Position numbers and translations under genes: made by a program. A DNA stretch of 61,118 nt, the filler included, from Dugesia japonica (taxonomy: Eukaryota): the NCBI GenBank assembly GCA_001938525.1. It is 6 parts of 6 records of this genome, joined end to end, with 100 filler letters (N's around TTAATTAATTAA, not from the genome) between each part and the next. Parts side by side here need not be neighbours in the genome. Positions count along the whole stretch, not along the records: positions 29,536 to 41,920 come from MQRL01345803.1; positions 42,021 to 51,853 come from MQRL01605507.1; 4 more parts are not named here. One strand, 5' to 3'. Shown here one piece after another: positions 40,219 through 51,953 of this stretch (position 1 is the stretch's first letter; each line of letters starts with the position of its first letter). The notes under the pieces are model-generated. The model was given only the letters and a program-made list of their open reading frames with translations. It had not been told where the DNA came from and did not search any database.

Positions 40219-40810
40219 GGCCGGTAGAGTTTGCATGAACTTTAAATGGTACTATCACATAGCTCATGGATACCCGGTCGGCTAGAAGAGTTCGTCTGCT
40301 ACTTAAATAGTACTCTCAACGTGACTAGAAGCAAGAAATGTGACAAAAGTAAATTAACACAACCCACAGGAAGACTTAGTACAATAAGGGGCCTCAACTA
40401 TCATACTAGCCGAGATTAGCAGTTGTGAAATTGGTCTGATCAACCATACATCTGAGATACGATCGGCTCAGTTGTTCGCAGCAAATGCTGCTTGAGTAAG
40501 TATTACTGTTATAAAATGAGGAAAGCGACGGAACCGGAAGGGAAAGCCAGTCTTGGTGGAAAGCGATAAACCGTCCACGTCTTATACAAGGTAACGAATC
40601 TCAGATGTAAGTAACGGTAATACACTTACTTCCGGGACGTACTAAATACACTTCAGAGGGCACGATCAATTCTGGTCTAGGCTTATAAAAGTCTCATAGT
40701 AGCCATAGCTACTGGATATAACCAGCTAACTCGTCACCAGAATTATTTAATGCGCCTGTACAAGCAAAATGCAAATGACTAAGGCAATGAACGGTATTGC
40801 CTCCCTCTGA
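40219..40810 (+). ncRNA. Large multi-domain structured RNA candidate in a long leader upstream of gag
   Basis: Many nested stems, GAAA loops and a 12-bp crossing interaction 40447-58/40598-609; see findings. Confidence 0.55.
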
Positions 40811-40864
40811 TCAAACCGACAATATTATACTAGTTATTCGAAACATAAGCAATTTGCAAATAAG

Positions 40865-41155
40865 TTATAAGAGTAAATCACAAAAGGATATTACGTTTTA
40901 GACAGCAAAGGTATATAAAGATAATTACAATTCAGAAGCAAATTGCGTAAAGTATTGTATTTCATGAGTAAATTACAAAAGGATATTACGTTTTGGTCGG
41001 CAAAGTTATATAAAAATTATTACAATTTAAAAGACAATTGCGAATAAGTATTGTATTTCCAGAGTAAATCACAAAGGGTTATTACGTTTCAGACAGCAAA
41101 ATGATACAAAAATCATTACAGTTCATGAGAAAAATTACAAAAGATTATTACATTA
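40865..41155 (+). repeat. ~96-bp tandem repeat, about three copies
   Basis: GAGTAAAT(C/T)ACAAA(A/G)GG(A/T)T(T)ATTACGTTT recurs near 40871, 40966 and 41062. Confidence 0.85.
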
Positions 41156-41640
41156 TCTCATAAGCAAATTATTAATAAGTAATAAAGCAATTATTGAATC
41201 AAATATAAAATTCAACATTAAATCAAGTTATAAAAATTAGTTATTGAATCAAGGTACAAAATTGTTAATGAAATCAAAATACAAAATCAGTCAGTAACTG
41301 CAAAATGACTACGAAGGACATCATAAAGTTAAAATGCGACTTTAAAATGAATCCCCAGTGATAGTAAGTTATGAATCGGGTATCAGCAGAAAACAAGTAG
41401 ATGTTAATCAGTAGCCCTAATAAAGAGTTTGACGAGGACGTCGAATTTAAACAAACCAAAAGTGGATGAAGAGATAAAACTGACTTTAAAAAATAAAGGC
41501 TAAATGATTAGCGGGGGTAATAATGTATTTCAGGTACCAAACATTCGAAGAAGCAAGCACAATCGAGTCCAAAAGATTTGTACCAATTGGTATTATCCAA
41601 GTAAATTAGTGTGTAATTATGTCTAATTTAGAAATCAAGT

Positions 41641-41798
41641 ATGAATAAAGAACGGAATATGCAAAGAACATTATTAGAACGTTATCGCGATAAATTCTTC
41701 AAAGGTAATCCCGAAGAAATAAATAAGTTTCTTCTAAGCTATGAAGAGCATGCCAAAGCTTTTGAGTGGGAAGAAAAGGACAAAATCAATATGATACC
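41641..41798 (+). pseudogene. Gypsy gag capsid N-terminal fragment, truncated by an insertion
   Basis: KFFKGNPEEINKFLLSYEEHAKAFEWEEKDKINMIP fits the FxG...FL..YE..A...W....K capsid pattern. Confidence 0.7.
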
Positions 41799-41920
41799 AG
41801 TAGATAGATAGTGGCGGGAAACCTCTGCACACATGCAGTACCCCCATCCCCCCCGTGTGTAAAAATTTATTACATAACTTTTCCAATGTAAATACCCGAA
41901 GACACACATTAGTGTGTATT
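41799..41920 (+). mobile_element. Polinton-type terminus (5'-AGTAGATAGATAGTGGCGGG) inserted in gag
   Basis: Homologous to 19157-19250 (-); begins exactly where the gag frame stops. Confidence 0.6.
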
Positions 41921-42020
41921 NNNNNNNNNNNNNNNNNNNNNNNNNNNNNNNNNNNNNNNNNNNNTTAATTAATTAANNNNNNNNNNNNNNNNNNNNNNNN
42001 NNNNNNNNNNNNNNNNNNNN
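41921..42020. other. Assembly contig spacer
   Basis: N44-TTAATTAATTAA-N44. Confidence 0.97.
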
Positions 42021-42979
42021 GTATTATTCTCAAGATAAGATCGATTTTAGAATTTCAAGTGCGCGGTCAAATCCGTCATCAAAATCTTAAAAAGTACACA
42101 CACACTAATATTATTTGCGTTAAATTTCGAATTTTTAAAATATCTTTACACATAAACAACACACATATAAAAACTGAATGATAACATACACACATATACG
42201 CAATACCATCCGTCATGAATACTGTAATACATTAATAAATATTTATTAATGAAAACAAAAAAGATTCTGAATAAATTAAAACAAAATTTAATTTTCATAA
42301 AAAATTCCATCATTAATGAGAACCAAAAATAAAAATTTTGAAATAATATTTTGATCAGATCAAAAATATTAAAATTCAAAATCCACGATAACTAGTATGA
42401 TCGCATACCGCAGTTATGTGTTTTATATATGTATTTATATGTGTTTATATGTATTTAACGACTAATGACCTTATTATAGATAATTATTTTAAATTTTAAA
42501 TAAAGACCAGGTAATATTATACAAGAATAATACTCTATGATGAATTTGTTGCTGTTTTATTAATCATTTGTATTACAACAACATTTATTTCATCGATGGT
42601 TAACTTTGGAGATTTTAGGTTAATTTATCTGGAATCAGCCAAACATGTGTGTTGCAACTGATAGTTTATTTCATCGGTGAAATTTTATGTAATAGGATTA
42701 ATTGGGATGATTTTTTCTAATAATTTTAGTTGGCAAAAAATTTTTACACACAAATTATGTAAGTTTTAGTCGTGTTTTGAAAAGTTTGGCGAATTATTTT
42801 AAAATTTAGGCTTTTTAGTTGGGGAATTTGTTAGTATTTTTTAGGTGGGAAAAATTCTTTATAGGAATTTTTCATAGGAATCAGGGCAATTTGTTCATGT
42901 TGTTTAAATAATATGAAAATTTAAATTTTTAAATGAAATTTTAATGGAAATCTGTGTGAACAGTTTAAATTTTTGAAAA

Positions 42980-44000
42980 GAAATGTTCTATATCTCAGAT
43001 TTCAAAGATTTTTATACCAAACTGCTGAGAATTTTACAGTTATCATTTTTCACAAATAGAATTTTTTGGAAATAATTTTCTTCTCAAATATGTTACCAAA
43101 GTGTCTATTCAATAGAGAATGTTTTGCTGATTCCAAATATGTTAACCTAAAGCCACCGAAGTTAATACTCGATGAAATAAATGGGGTTTTGTGGTGAAAA
43201 AATCTCAAAAATCAGATTTTAGCACTCAGACCTCTGTACGCAGATAACAGCTATGGACTCAAATTTGGTGTTATTTTACTCAGGAGGAAAAAGTGACTGT
43301 GTAAAACTAAAATATTGTCTCGGAAAATATGCTTCCAAACGAATATATACAGGTGTCATACCGTATTTTGGTAACTTTTTACGAAAATTTCAAAAGTTGA
43401 TACTACTCGATAGGAAGTTTTACGATCAGTACGAATAACACGGTTAAAAATCACCAAACCTTATAGATAAAAAGTTATTGAAAAAACAAGTACTTAATTT
43501 GGGAGTCCCCGAGGAACATAAAAATATTATTTGGTAAGGCCAATTTTAGGGAGCTTTTTTAGATGAATTGGGATGAAATTTTACTCTTTGCCAGTCTTCA
43601 GTTATCAAAACTCTGTGCACTTTACGCTAATGCTGAGACACCAAAACTCTGCTAGCAGTGAACTTATCATTAGTTATCAATGGATTTCTCACTATTTACA
43701 GGTCTTTTTTTTATCATTTATTGGTTTTCTTTAGCTATTTGATGGTATTCACGATTCACTAATGGTAATTGTACTGCTTAATTAATTTTTAATTATTTAA
43801 TCTGTTCTATATTTTTACTTGTAATTTTGAAATTAAATTAGATTTAGTGTATTTTTAATAAATTGTTCTAATTTGTATCGTTTATATAATATGAATTTTT
43901 TATTAAGTATTGATAATTTTGAAAACTTTGTAATTATTTATTGATAATATCTCCTATAATTGATTGAATAAATTAAGTATAATGAATTGATTCATTTTTC
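42980..44000 (+). repeat. Composite dispersed repeat with partial copies at 14250-14730 (-), 18650-18840 (-) and 57160-57370 (+)
   Basis: Shared blocks such as CTCAGATTTCA...TTTTATACCAA, TCAATAGAGA...CACCGAA...GAAATAAATGG and CTCAGGAGGAAAAAGTGACTGT. Confidence 0.7.
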
Positions 44001-44835
44001 AATGTGTAATTTGATTAAAACTATGCTTTTGTAGGTAAATTGAATTATTATTGAAAAATTTTTTAATCGTGTTTTGAAAAGAAATTAGATTTCTTGTATA
44101 TTATAATGATTAAATTAAACGATTAAATTAAAATTATAATAGAAAATGTTTATTAATTATTGATGAATTTTTGAAATATTTTNAAATCAAATTACATTTA
44201 GCATGTATTTTTAATTAATCTTTTATTTATAATAGAAATTTTTTATTAAGCATTGATTCATTGAAATAATTTCTAAACTATTATTGAAAATAATTCATAT
44301 AATTGATTGAATCGATTAAGTATGATGGATTTAATAGTTTTCAACTAATTATCAGTAGAAGTACATACAACTTGAATATATGTAAAAACATTAATTTTAG
44401 AAAATCTTTCAAATAAATAGTAAAAATTATGCTTCTTTAAATGAGAGTCGAGGATAAATGAAAATAAAAACTTAACTCAAATTTAAGCATCAAAGTAACT
44501 ATTAGATAGAGAATTTTATGCTAAATAAAAATAACATGGTTAAAAATCGTCAGTCTTTAACCTTAATGAAAATAGTTCATTTCAAACTTTGATTTATATT
44601 AATTGAAATTGTTATTAAGCATTAGATAATTTGAAATAATTTTAAAATATTTATTGAAAATGACTAAAATAATTGATTAAATAAATAAGTTTCAAACAAT
44701 TATGAGAAAAATATCTAAAATATTAATTTTAAGTGTAAAATACAGTCACTTTAGACTTTTTAAAGTAATAAGTGAAATTTAAGCTTTTACAATTAAGCGT
44801 TTACAGTCACTTTAGACTTTTCAAAGTGATAGGTG

Positions 44836-44952
44836 GTTCAATTTTTGTGGTTCAAATTTTTTGTTTTTCAATTTTTTGTTCTTCAATTTTTGTTCTTCAA
44901 TTATTTGTTCTTCAAATTTTGTTCTTCAATTTTTTGTTCTTCAATTTTTTGG
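44836..44952 (+). repeat. ~15-bp minisatellite (TTCAATTTTTTGTTC)n
   Basis: Direct reading. Confidence 0.85.
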
Positions 44953-45362
44953 TCTTAAACCTTTTTTAATTGTTTTAAAAACACTGAAACAATAAACACA
45001 TTAAACACAAAGAATCCAATGAAATCCATATATTAAATCTATCCAATACATTCTTTTAAACTAGTAATGTGATACATACGCTTTGCCGACAACACCGACA
45101 CGACAGACACTCCAATTTGGCATTGCGTTTCAGTATAAAAATTATTCTTGTTTTAGTGTATCATTTATGTTAATGCAGGTGGATATTCTGTATATATAAA
45201 TTTATGTCGGCAAAGCGTATTTATCCCATTACTCGTTATATGTTTTTACGTTTTTATGTTTTAAATTTTTGTTTTGTTTTTTATGTTTTGTTTTTGAGAT
45301 TTTTAAAATATCCTACTCTAAACCACGAAAAAAACTGTTCAACTAAATTGTCTTTACTTAAA

Positions 45363-48300
45363 ATGGCTAGTAATCAGTTGATTTGTCCTTATGATCTTTG
45401 TAACAAGGTTTTTAAAAATAAATCAGGATTATCAGGTCATATTAGATCAAGATGTTGTTTTTTAGACAAAACAAGATTTAATTGTTTAAAATGTCTAAAA
45501 ACTTTGAGATCTATGAGGAGTTTAACTGAACATTTTAATTCTACTAATTGTGGAAATTCAGAAAAGGTTCCGTTGTTTTGTGAAGTATGTAATAAAAAGT
45601 TTTCAAGCCAAAGTCGTGCAAAAACACATTTTAATTCAAATAAACATAAAGAAAAAGTTAATAAAATATTTTTTGATGAATTACCTGGAGAAGAAGTAAT
45701 TGATTTCGATCCAGAAATTAGAGATATCTTTAGAATATATAAAGATTATGAAATTGAATATTTTAGAGAAAGTAAAGTAGAATTAACTAGAAATCTAGAA
45801 TCTTTGGAAAGACCAGTAAAAATGATTAATAAATTTCAATCTGAAATCCAAGAAATAATTACAAAGTATTTTAATTATGGTAAAAATATTATTGTTCGAA
45901 TGAGTGTAAACTGTAATTATAATAAAGATGTTAACGGAGAAAATGTTGAAAGAAATTTTAATTCATATTCAAGTAATAAACAAATTACAATTGCAAGTGG
46001 AATTGATGAAAAGGTTAATGATATTTTAAATCAACTTCAAAGATATATTGAAGATGAAGATAAAAATGAATCTGGTTGGAATTTAAATTACATAGTTGAT
46101 TTTAAAATAGAACTTTCTAAATATCAATCTCTAGCTGGTTCCTCATACCAAAAATTATCGTTTTCAAAGCAAGGTGTAATTAATATACAAAATAAAGATG
46201 ATAAATGTTTTTTATATTCAATTTTAGCTCATAAACATATATTTAAAGATCAACCAACCAGAGTTAGTAATTATATTCAATATTTAGATGAATTAAAAAT
46301 TTTTGGAATTAAATTCCCTGTTCATATTGAAGATGTAAAAAAATTTGAAAAATTAAATGATTTCAAAATAAATGTATTTACTGTAACTAATGAAAAAATA
46401 ATCGAACCTTTATAAATTAATCATTATGAAACTAAACCCAAACCAGAAGAAAATAAATGTAATTTATTAGTTTATAAAAACCATTTTATTTTATGTAGAG
46501 ATTTACAAGTATTTTTTACAGTAAATAGAAACCAGAATCATTTGTGTATAAGATGTATGAATTGTTATTATAGTAAANACTTATTAATTAATCACCAAAA
46601 AGAATGTATTAATCCAGAAATCAGTAATGTAGTTTTTTCAAAACATTATAGTTATTATTATCAGAATTTTTTTTATAAAAACAAATTACCTTTTGTAGTT
46701 TATGGAGATTTTGAAAGTTGGACTAATATTAGTACAAAGAAACAAAAACCTTTATCACTTGGAATTTACTTAGTAAGTAAATATCAACATTTAATTAAAA
46801 ATGAATACAAAGAATTTACAGGAGAAAATATGCATCAAGACTTCTTTGAATTTTTAAATGAATTAAATGATAAATTAAAAGATATAAAAGAAAATAAATT
46901 AATAGAAAGTTATACTAGAACTAATCATCCTAAATTTGAGGAAACAACTAAATTCAGTTAATGTGATAAAGAAATTAAAATAGGGGAACAAGTACTCGAT
47001 CATGATCATTTTAACGGGGAATTTAGGGGTTATTCACATAGTAAATGTAATTTACAAGACAAATCAATTAAAGGTTTATTTATTCCTTTTTATTTTCACA
47101 ATGCTTCGGGTTATGATAATCATTTATTTTTTAAAGAATTAATTAGTAAATATCCAGGTTAGGTTAGAAAAATAATTCCACATTCAGATGAAGTTTACAT
47201 TTCTTTTGAATTTGGAAATCCTAAAGAACCAACAATAAGATTTTTAGACTCAGCAAGAATGTGTACTCAAACTTCAATTGAGAAAATTGGTTCAACGTTA
47301 AATGAATCAGGAAAATATAATCATTTAAAATTATTTAATTTAACTCCTAAAAAGATATCATTTCCATATGAATATGTAAAAGGAGAAAATATTAATGAAG
47401 TAATTGAATTATTAAAAAGAAACCATAAACCAACAAAAGAAGATTTTTTCAATATACTAAGACAAAAGAAAGTAACTGATCAAGAATATAATGAATTTGA
47501 ACAAGATTTTAATAACTTTAATAATTTATGGGATTACATGTTACATTACATGAAAAGTTTAGAGAAACTTGTCTAAATAATTATCAAATAGATCCAAGTT
47601 ATTGTTATTCAGCTCCAGGTTTAACTTGGAACGCTGGTATGAAATTTACCCAAGTTAAATTAAAATATGCTCAGAAAGAAACATGATAAATTTATTAAAA
47701 TAGAAAGAGGAGTTAGAGGTGGTTATTCTGGTGTTTGTGGAGAAAGACAAGTATTTAATCATAATAATAAAAAAAATCCAAAAAAAAAGAATAAATCAAG
47801 CTGAAATGAATGATTTATTAAAATTATTATTACAAGGAAAACCAATATTTTCACAAGATTATTTAGAAGAAACATTTTTAAAATATCTAAACGAGAATTC
47901 TTTGTATGCTAGTTGCATGACAAAGCCTTTACCAACAGGAGAAATCTATGATTGTAAAGACTTGGATTATATCAAATCAACTGATAAAGTTAATTATGTT
48001 TATGAAGTTGATTTAGAATATCCTCAAGAAATTCATGAGAAAACTAAATACTTTCCTTTAGCTCCGGAACCTTTAAATATTACAAAAGAAATGTTAGCTC
48101 CTTATCAATTAGGTNNNNNNNNNNNNNNNNNNNNNNNNNNNNNNNNNNNNNNNNNNNNNNNNNNNNNNNNNNNNNNNNNNNNNNNNNNNNNNNNNNNNNN
48201 NNNNNNNNNNNNNNNNNNNNNNNNNNNNNNNNNNNNNNNNNNNNNNNNNNNNNNNNNNNNNNNNNNNNNNNNNNNNNNNNNNNNNNNNNNNNNNNNNGAT

Positions 48301-49086
48301 AAAAGAAACGAAGCTAAAAGAAATAAAGATGTTTTTGGAGATGTTTTCTTTAAATTATTAAATAATGCTTTCTATGGGATAACTTTAGAAAATATAAGAA
48401 ATAGGTGTAATGTTGAAATTGTAGATAATGATAAAGATTATCAAAAGTTTACAAGTAAAATTAATTATAAATCTAGTAAAATATTTACAGGAGAATTTAA
48501 TCCTTCCGAAGCTAAAACAGCAGCAGTTTATCTTTACAAAACTAAATTAAAATATGATAAATTCCCATATATTGGTTTTACTATTTTGGAATATGCTAAA
48601 GAAGTTATTTACGATTTTATTTATAATCAGATGGATAAAGAAATTCCTAATAAATATAAAATTCATTACGCCGACACTGATAGTGTCTTTGTTGAAATAA
48701 AATGTCAAGAAAATCTAAACAAAGTAGAAAGTCTATTAGGAAATAATTTATTTCAAATGAAAGATGAAAAACCAAATAATGAAATAGTTAAATGTAATTT
48801 TATAAAAGCTTAAAGTTATATTATCCAAGACGATAAAGCTATAAAAGCAAAACATAAAGGAGTTTCTAAAGTAAATAAAATAGGGATGGAAGATTATGAT
48901 AAAGTTTTAGAAAACCCCAAAGAAATCATTTATGGAACTAATTATTCGCTTAAATCAAGGAAACATGAAATAGAATTAACTGAACAAAATAAAATAGCTT
49001 TAACTGGTTACGATGATAAAAGATTAATTGAAGACAATGGAATAAGAACTTGGCCTCATGGAAATAAATATAAATGTAATAATTGA
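45363..49086 (+). pseudogene. Polinton protein-primed PolB (element 2) with N-terminal zinc fingers and vOTU-like region
   Basis: Three C2H2/C2HC fingers, ESGW...GSSY...INIQNKDDKCFLYSILA, YGDFES, DHDHFNGEFRG..H..CN, HNASGYD, FLDS, FPYEY, NSLY, KLLNNAFYG, YADTDS, YDDKR; several in-frame stops and frameshifts. Confidence 0.93.
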
Positions 49087-49271
49087 CATTTAAGATTAGA
49101 TAAATTATCTGGTTAATTAAATTGTTAAATGGTAATTGGTAATTCATTCTTTGTAAATAAAGTAGTTAACCTAAAAAGTGTATTATAGTGGGGCTCTTTA
49201 GACTTAGTAAAATTTATTTTATCAGAGTAAGGAAAATAATTATCAGTTATTTCTCTAATCTTATTTAACAA

Positions 49272-49598
49272 TTATTGTCTTTGAAGCTTTATGTTCTGGT
49301 ACTTTGTAATCTGTATTTGTTTTATTTTAATAATGTAACCATTAATTTTATTAACACGATCAATATGAAGATCTTGTTTTATTTTAATAAATTCTTCTTC
49401 TAAAGGATAGAAAGAATTATTTAACAATTCGATTTCTTTTAAAAGCTTTGCGATTTCTTTCAATAGCTTAACGATTTCTAAATTAATTTTATTAAATTTT
49501 TCTGGTGAACAAGTACTTGATAAATCATTAATTTTTTCTGAGAGCTTTTCGATTTCTTTTGTTAACTTAGTTTTTAAATTACTCTTCGTTTCCAGCAA
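49272..49598 (-). CDS. Polinton accessory coiled-coil ORF
   Basis: 108-aa ORF with LLKEI repeats, in the convergent gene block; probably truncated. Confidence 0.4.
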   Translation of the reverse strand: MLETKSNLKTKLTKEIEKLSEKINDLSSTCSPEKFNKINLEIVKLLKEIAKLLKEIELLNNSFYPLEEEFIKIKQDLHIDRVNKINGYIIKIKQIQITKYQNIKLQRQ

Positions 49599-49691
49599 CC
49601 TAGTTTTTAAATTATTTATTTTAATAATTAAATCAGCTTAATCTTTAATCCATGATTTATTACTTTTTAAAATATGAAGGATATAAATACT

Positions 49692-49955
49692 TTAAGCATC
49701 TAATTGTTGTGTTAAGCTAGAAACTTGTTTTTCTAAATTATTAATAATGGAATTAAAATATTTTAAATTAATAGCATCAAGTTCATTTTTAGGTTCATTA
49801 ATAATTTTTAAAGAAGAAATTGAATCTCCACTTTCATTAACAAATCTTTTTTCATTAGTTAATGATTCTAATTTTAATTTAGCAGAAACACGTTTTAATA
49901 TTTCTGTATTATTTTGACTATTTAAAGTTTCTCCACAAAACTTCATGGGACCCAT
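49692..49955 (-). CDS. Polinton small ORF with a fibre-like PxxxxDAxNxxY motif
   Basis: IINEPKNELDAINLKYF followed by a coiled coil. Confidence 0.45.
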   Translation of the reverse strand: MGPMKFCGETLNSQNNTEILKRVSAKLKLESLTNEKRFVNESGDSISSLKIINEPKNELDAINLKYFNSIINNLEKQVSSLTQQLDA

Positions 49956-49959
49956 TGGG

Positions 49960-50445
49960 ATATTTTATTAAGGTAATATATAATTCATTAATAATTTCAT
50001 CAAAACTCTTAAAAGAAAGTGAATATAAAAAATATAAANNNNNNNNNNNNNNNNNNNNNNNNNNAAAAGGTTGAACTTGAATTTTATTATAAATACTTAC
50101 ATGTTTTTCTATTTCTTTAAATGGTTTTAAACCATAAGAATCAAAATAATAACCTTCAGAAAAGCCAACTCAATGAGTTCCTTTTTGATTTGTATTTTGA
50201 TAATTAATTATTAGTGGGACCCCCGGGTCTCGAATTTTAATATCGGAGAAGCTTGCTTCTCCTAAATATTTTAAGGTTACATCTTTGGGGAAGCGGTCAT
50301 GCATGACCGCTTTAACTTTATCCTTCATTAAAACCTCTGATTCTAAATTTAAAAAATCAGCTATAGAATACAAATCAAAATTAGTTTTAGTATTTATTCC
50401 AAAAGCTTTTAAAAAGTCTAAAACTCCATATTTTAATCCATACAT
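49960..50445 (-). pseudogene. Adenain-like (adenovirus-type) cysteine protease
   Basis: LIINYQNTNQKGTH*VGF...YYFDSYGLKP...YNKIQVQ; the catalytic Cys would fall in the N gap 50039-50064; 3' end approximate. Confidence 0.85.
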
Positions 50446-51116
50446 TTTCTTATATGAACTAATAAAGATATAGTTTGACCATTAAAATCTATTGGATTAT
50501 TATTTTCATCTATAATATTAAATTTCAAAGAATCAATGCGTTTGGAATTTAATCTTGAATAAATTGGTGGATAAAGTCTTTCTATTATTTTAAAACCAAA
50601 ACCAACAAAATTTACTGGAAATGAATATAATAAGTTCATTGGTAAATTATTAATATAATTACCTTTAACTAAATTACTAGTAATATTTATCATATTAATA
50701 TTTAAAATATCAATTTTATTTTCAGAATAGTATTTTCCTTTTGAATAAGTTTTAGGTAAAAAACCTAAAATAGTATGAAAAAAAGATTTGTTATTAAATT
50801 TTAANNNNNNNNNNNNNNNNNNNNNNNNNNNNNNNNNNNNNNNNNNNNNNNNNNNNNNNNNNNNNNNNNNNNNNNNNNNNNNNNNNNNNNNNNNNNNNNN
50901 NNNNNNNNNNNNNNNNNNNNNNNNNNNNNNNNNNNNNNNNNNNNNNNNNNNNNNNNNNNNNNNNNNNNNNNNNNNNNNNNNNNNNNNNNNNNNNNNNNNN
51001 NNNNNNNNNNNNNNNNNNNNNNNNNNNNNNNNNNNNNNNNNNNNNNNNNNNNNNNNNNNNNNNNNNNNNNNNNNNNNNNNNNNNNNNNNNNNNNNNNNNN
51101 AAAATTGATGAGACAT
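50433..51116 (-). CDS. Polinton minor capsid protein (penton), different subtype from element 1
   Basis: ILGF...YYSENKIDILNINMINITSNLVKGNYIN...LYSF...GFKIIE...IY...IIDENNNPIDFNGQTISLLVHIRK; N-terminal part lies in a gap. Confidence 0.85.
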   Translation of the reverse strand: MSHQFXXXXXXXXXXXXXXXXXXXXXXXXXXXXXXXXXXXXXXXXXXXXXXXXXXXXXXXXXXXXXXXXXXXXXXXXXXXXXXXXXXXXXXXXXXXXXXXXXXXLKFNNKSFFHTILGFLPKTYSKGKYYSENKIDILNINMINITSNLVKGNYINNLPMNLLYSFPVNFVGFGFKIIERLYPPIYSRLNSKRIDSLKFNIIDENNNPIDFNGQTISLLVHIRKCMD

Positions 51117-51121
51117 TTTAT

Positions 51122-51853
51122 CTATAAAAAATACTTATTTTTATATACATTATATTTTTCTTTGGTAATTAATTATTGTTTTAATAATTCTTTACAAACT
51201 GATTTAATTTCTTGTTCTAAATTATTATGTCCTGCTTTTACTGCTGAAATAAATAATGTTAATCTTTCAAATAAAGAAACTGGGTCTGAGTTTAATCCTT
51301 CGCCTATAATAGGACTTTTTGGGATATCTTCTTTTATAGGAGTTTCTTTTATAGGAATTTCTTTTTCTTTTTCTTCTTCAACATCTTTTTTAAGTTTAGG
51401 TATTTTTGTTGCTTTTTCATTTGTGTAACTTGTTTCTGCTCTCGACTAGAAGGATCCTTTTTCCCAGTTAAAAAATCACGATATCTACAATTAAGAGGAA
51501 ATATAATATTTAATTTATTTAAATAAATATCAATTGCTTTTGGATCTTTACTTATATTTCCTAAAATAAAATTCATTACTTCTTCTGAAAAAGGAATCAC
51601 TTCTTCTTTAGATGAAAAGTATTTCTTTCCATCTTCTTCAAATAAATATAATTTTTTGGTCACCTCTAGGATTAGGATAACTTATCTTTAGAAAGTTTTT
51701 GTTATTAATATTTTCTATTTCAAATATTAGTGTAATTGTTTTAGATTAATTATCAGTATTCAAATTTATTTTAGGAAAAAATGGAATTCTTTTTTCAAAA
51801 GGGTTTGTAGATATTTTTCCTAAATTTTCAATTGCTTTAATAATAGGTTGTTG
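51122..51853 (-). pseudogene. Polinton virion core-type protein
   Basis: IIGEGLNSDPVSLFERLTLFISAVKAGHNNLEQEIKSVCKEL: a GxG cleavage site followed by the DPxxLxxRL...AG(N/H)...EI motif of Maverick core proteins. Confidence 0.65.
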
Positions 51854-51953
51854 NNNNNNNNNNNNNNNNNNNNNNNNNNNNNNNNNNNNNNNNNNNNTTA
51901 ATTAATTAANNNNNNNNNNNNNNNNNNNNNNNNNNNNNNNNNNNNNNNNNNNN
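51854..51953. other. Assembly contig spacer
   Basis: N44-TTAATTAATTAA-N44. Confidence 0.97.

Noticed and set aside
40370-40670. Group I intron, group II intron or RNase P/MRP identity for the structured island
   Set aside because: Only partial look-alikes (TTCGCAGC, TTCAGAG, GAGGAAAG, ACAATAAGGGGC); the P7/S partner, domain V and P4 partner were not found.
45204-45362. N-terminal extension of the 403-aa ORF as a signal or TM segment
   Set aside because: T-rich leader sequence; the plausible start is MASNQ at 45363.
19340-50180. TGA-as-Trp recoding (KAV*, TVW*, R*VPH, GTH*)
   Set aside because: The same elements also carry TAA/TAG stops and frameshifts, intact genes use TGG, and one host gene ends in TGA; G-to-A decay explains it.
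10064-51953. Recurrent TTAATTAATTAA as a biological motif
   Set aside because: Always centred in 44+44 Ns; it is an assembly spacer.
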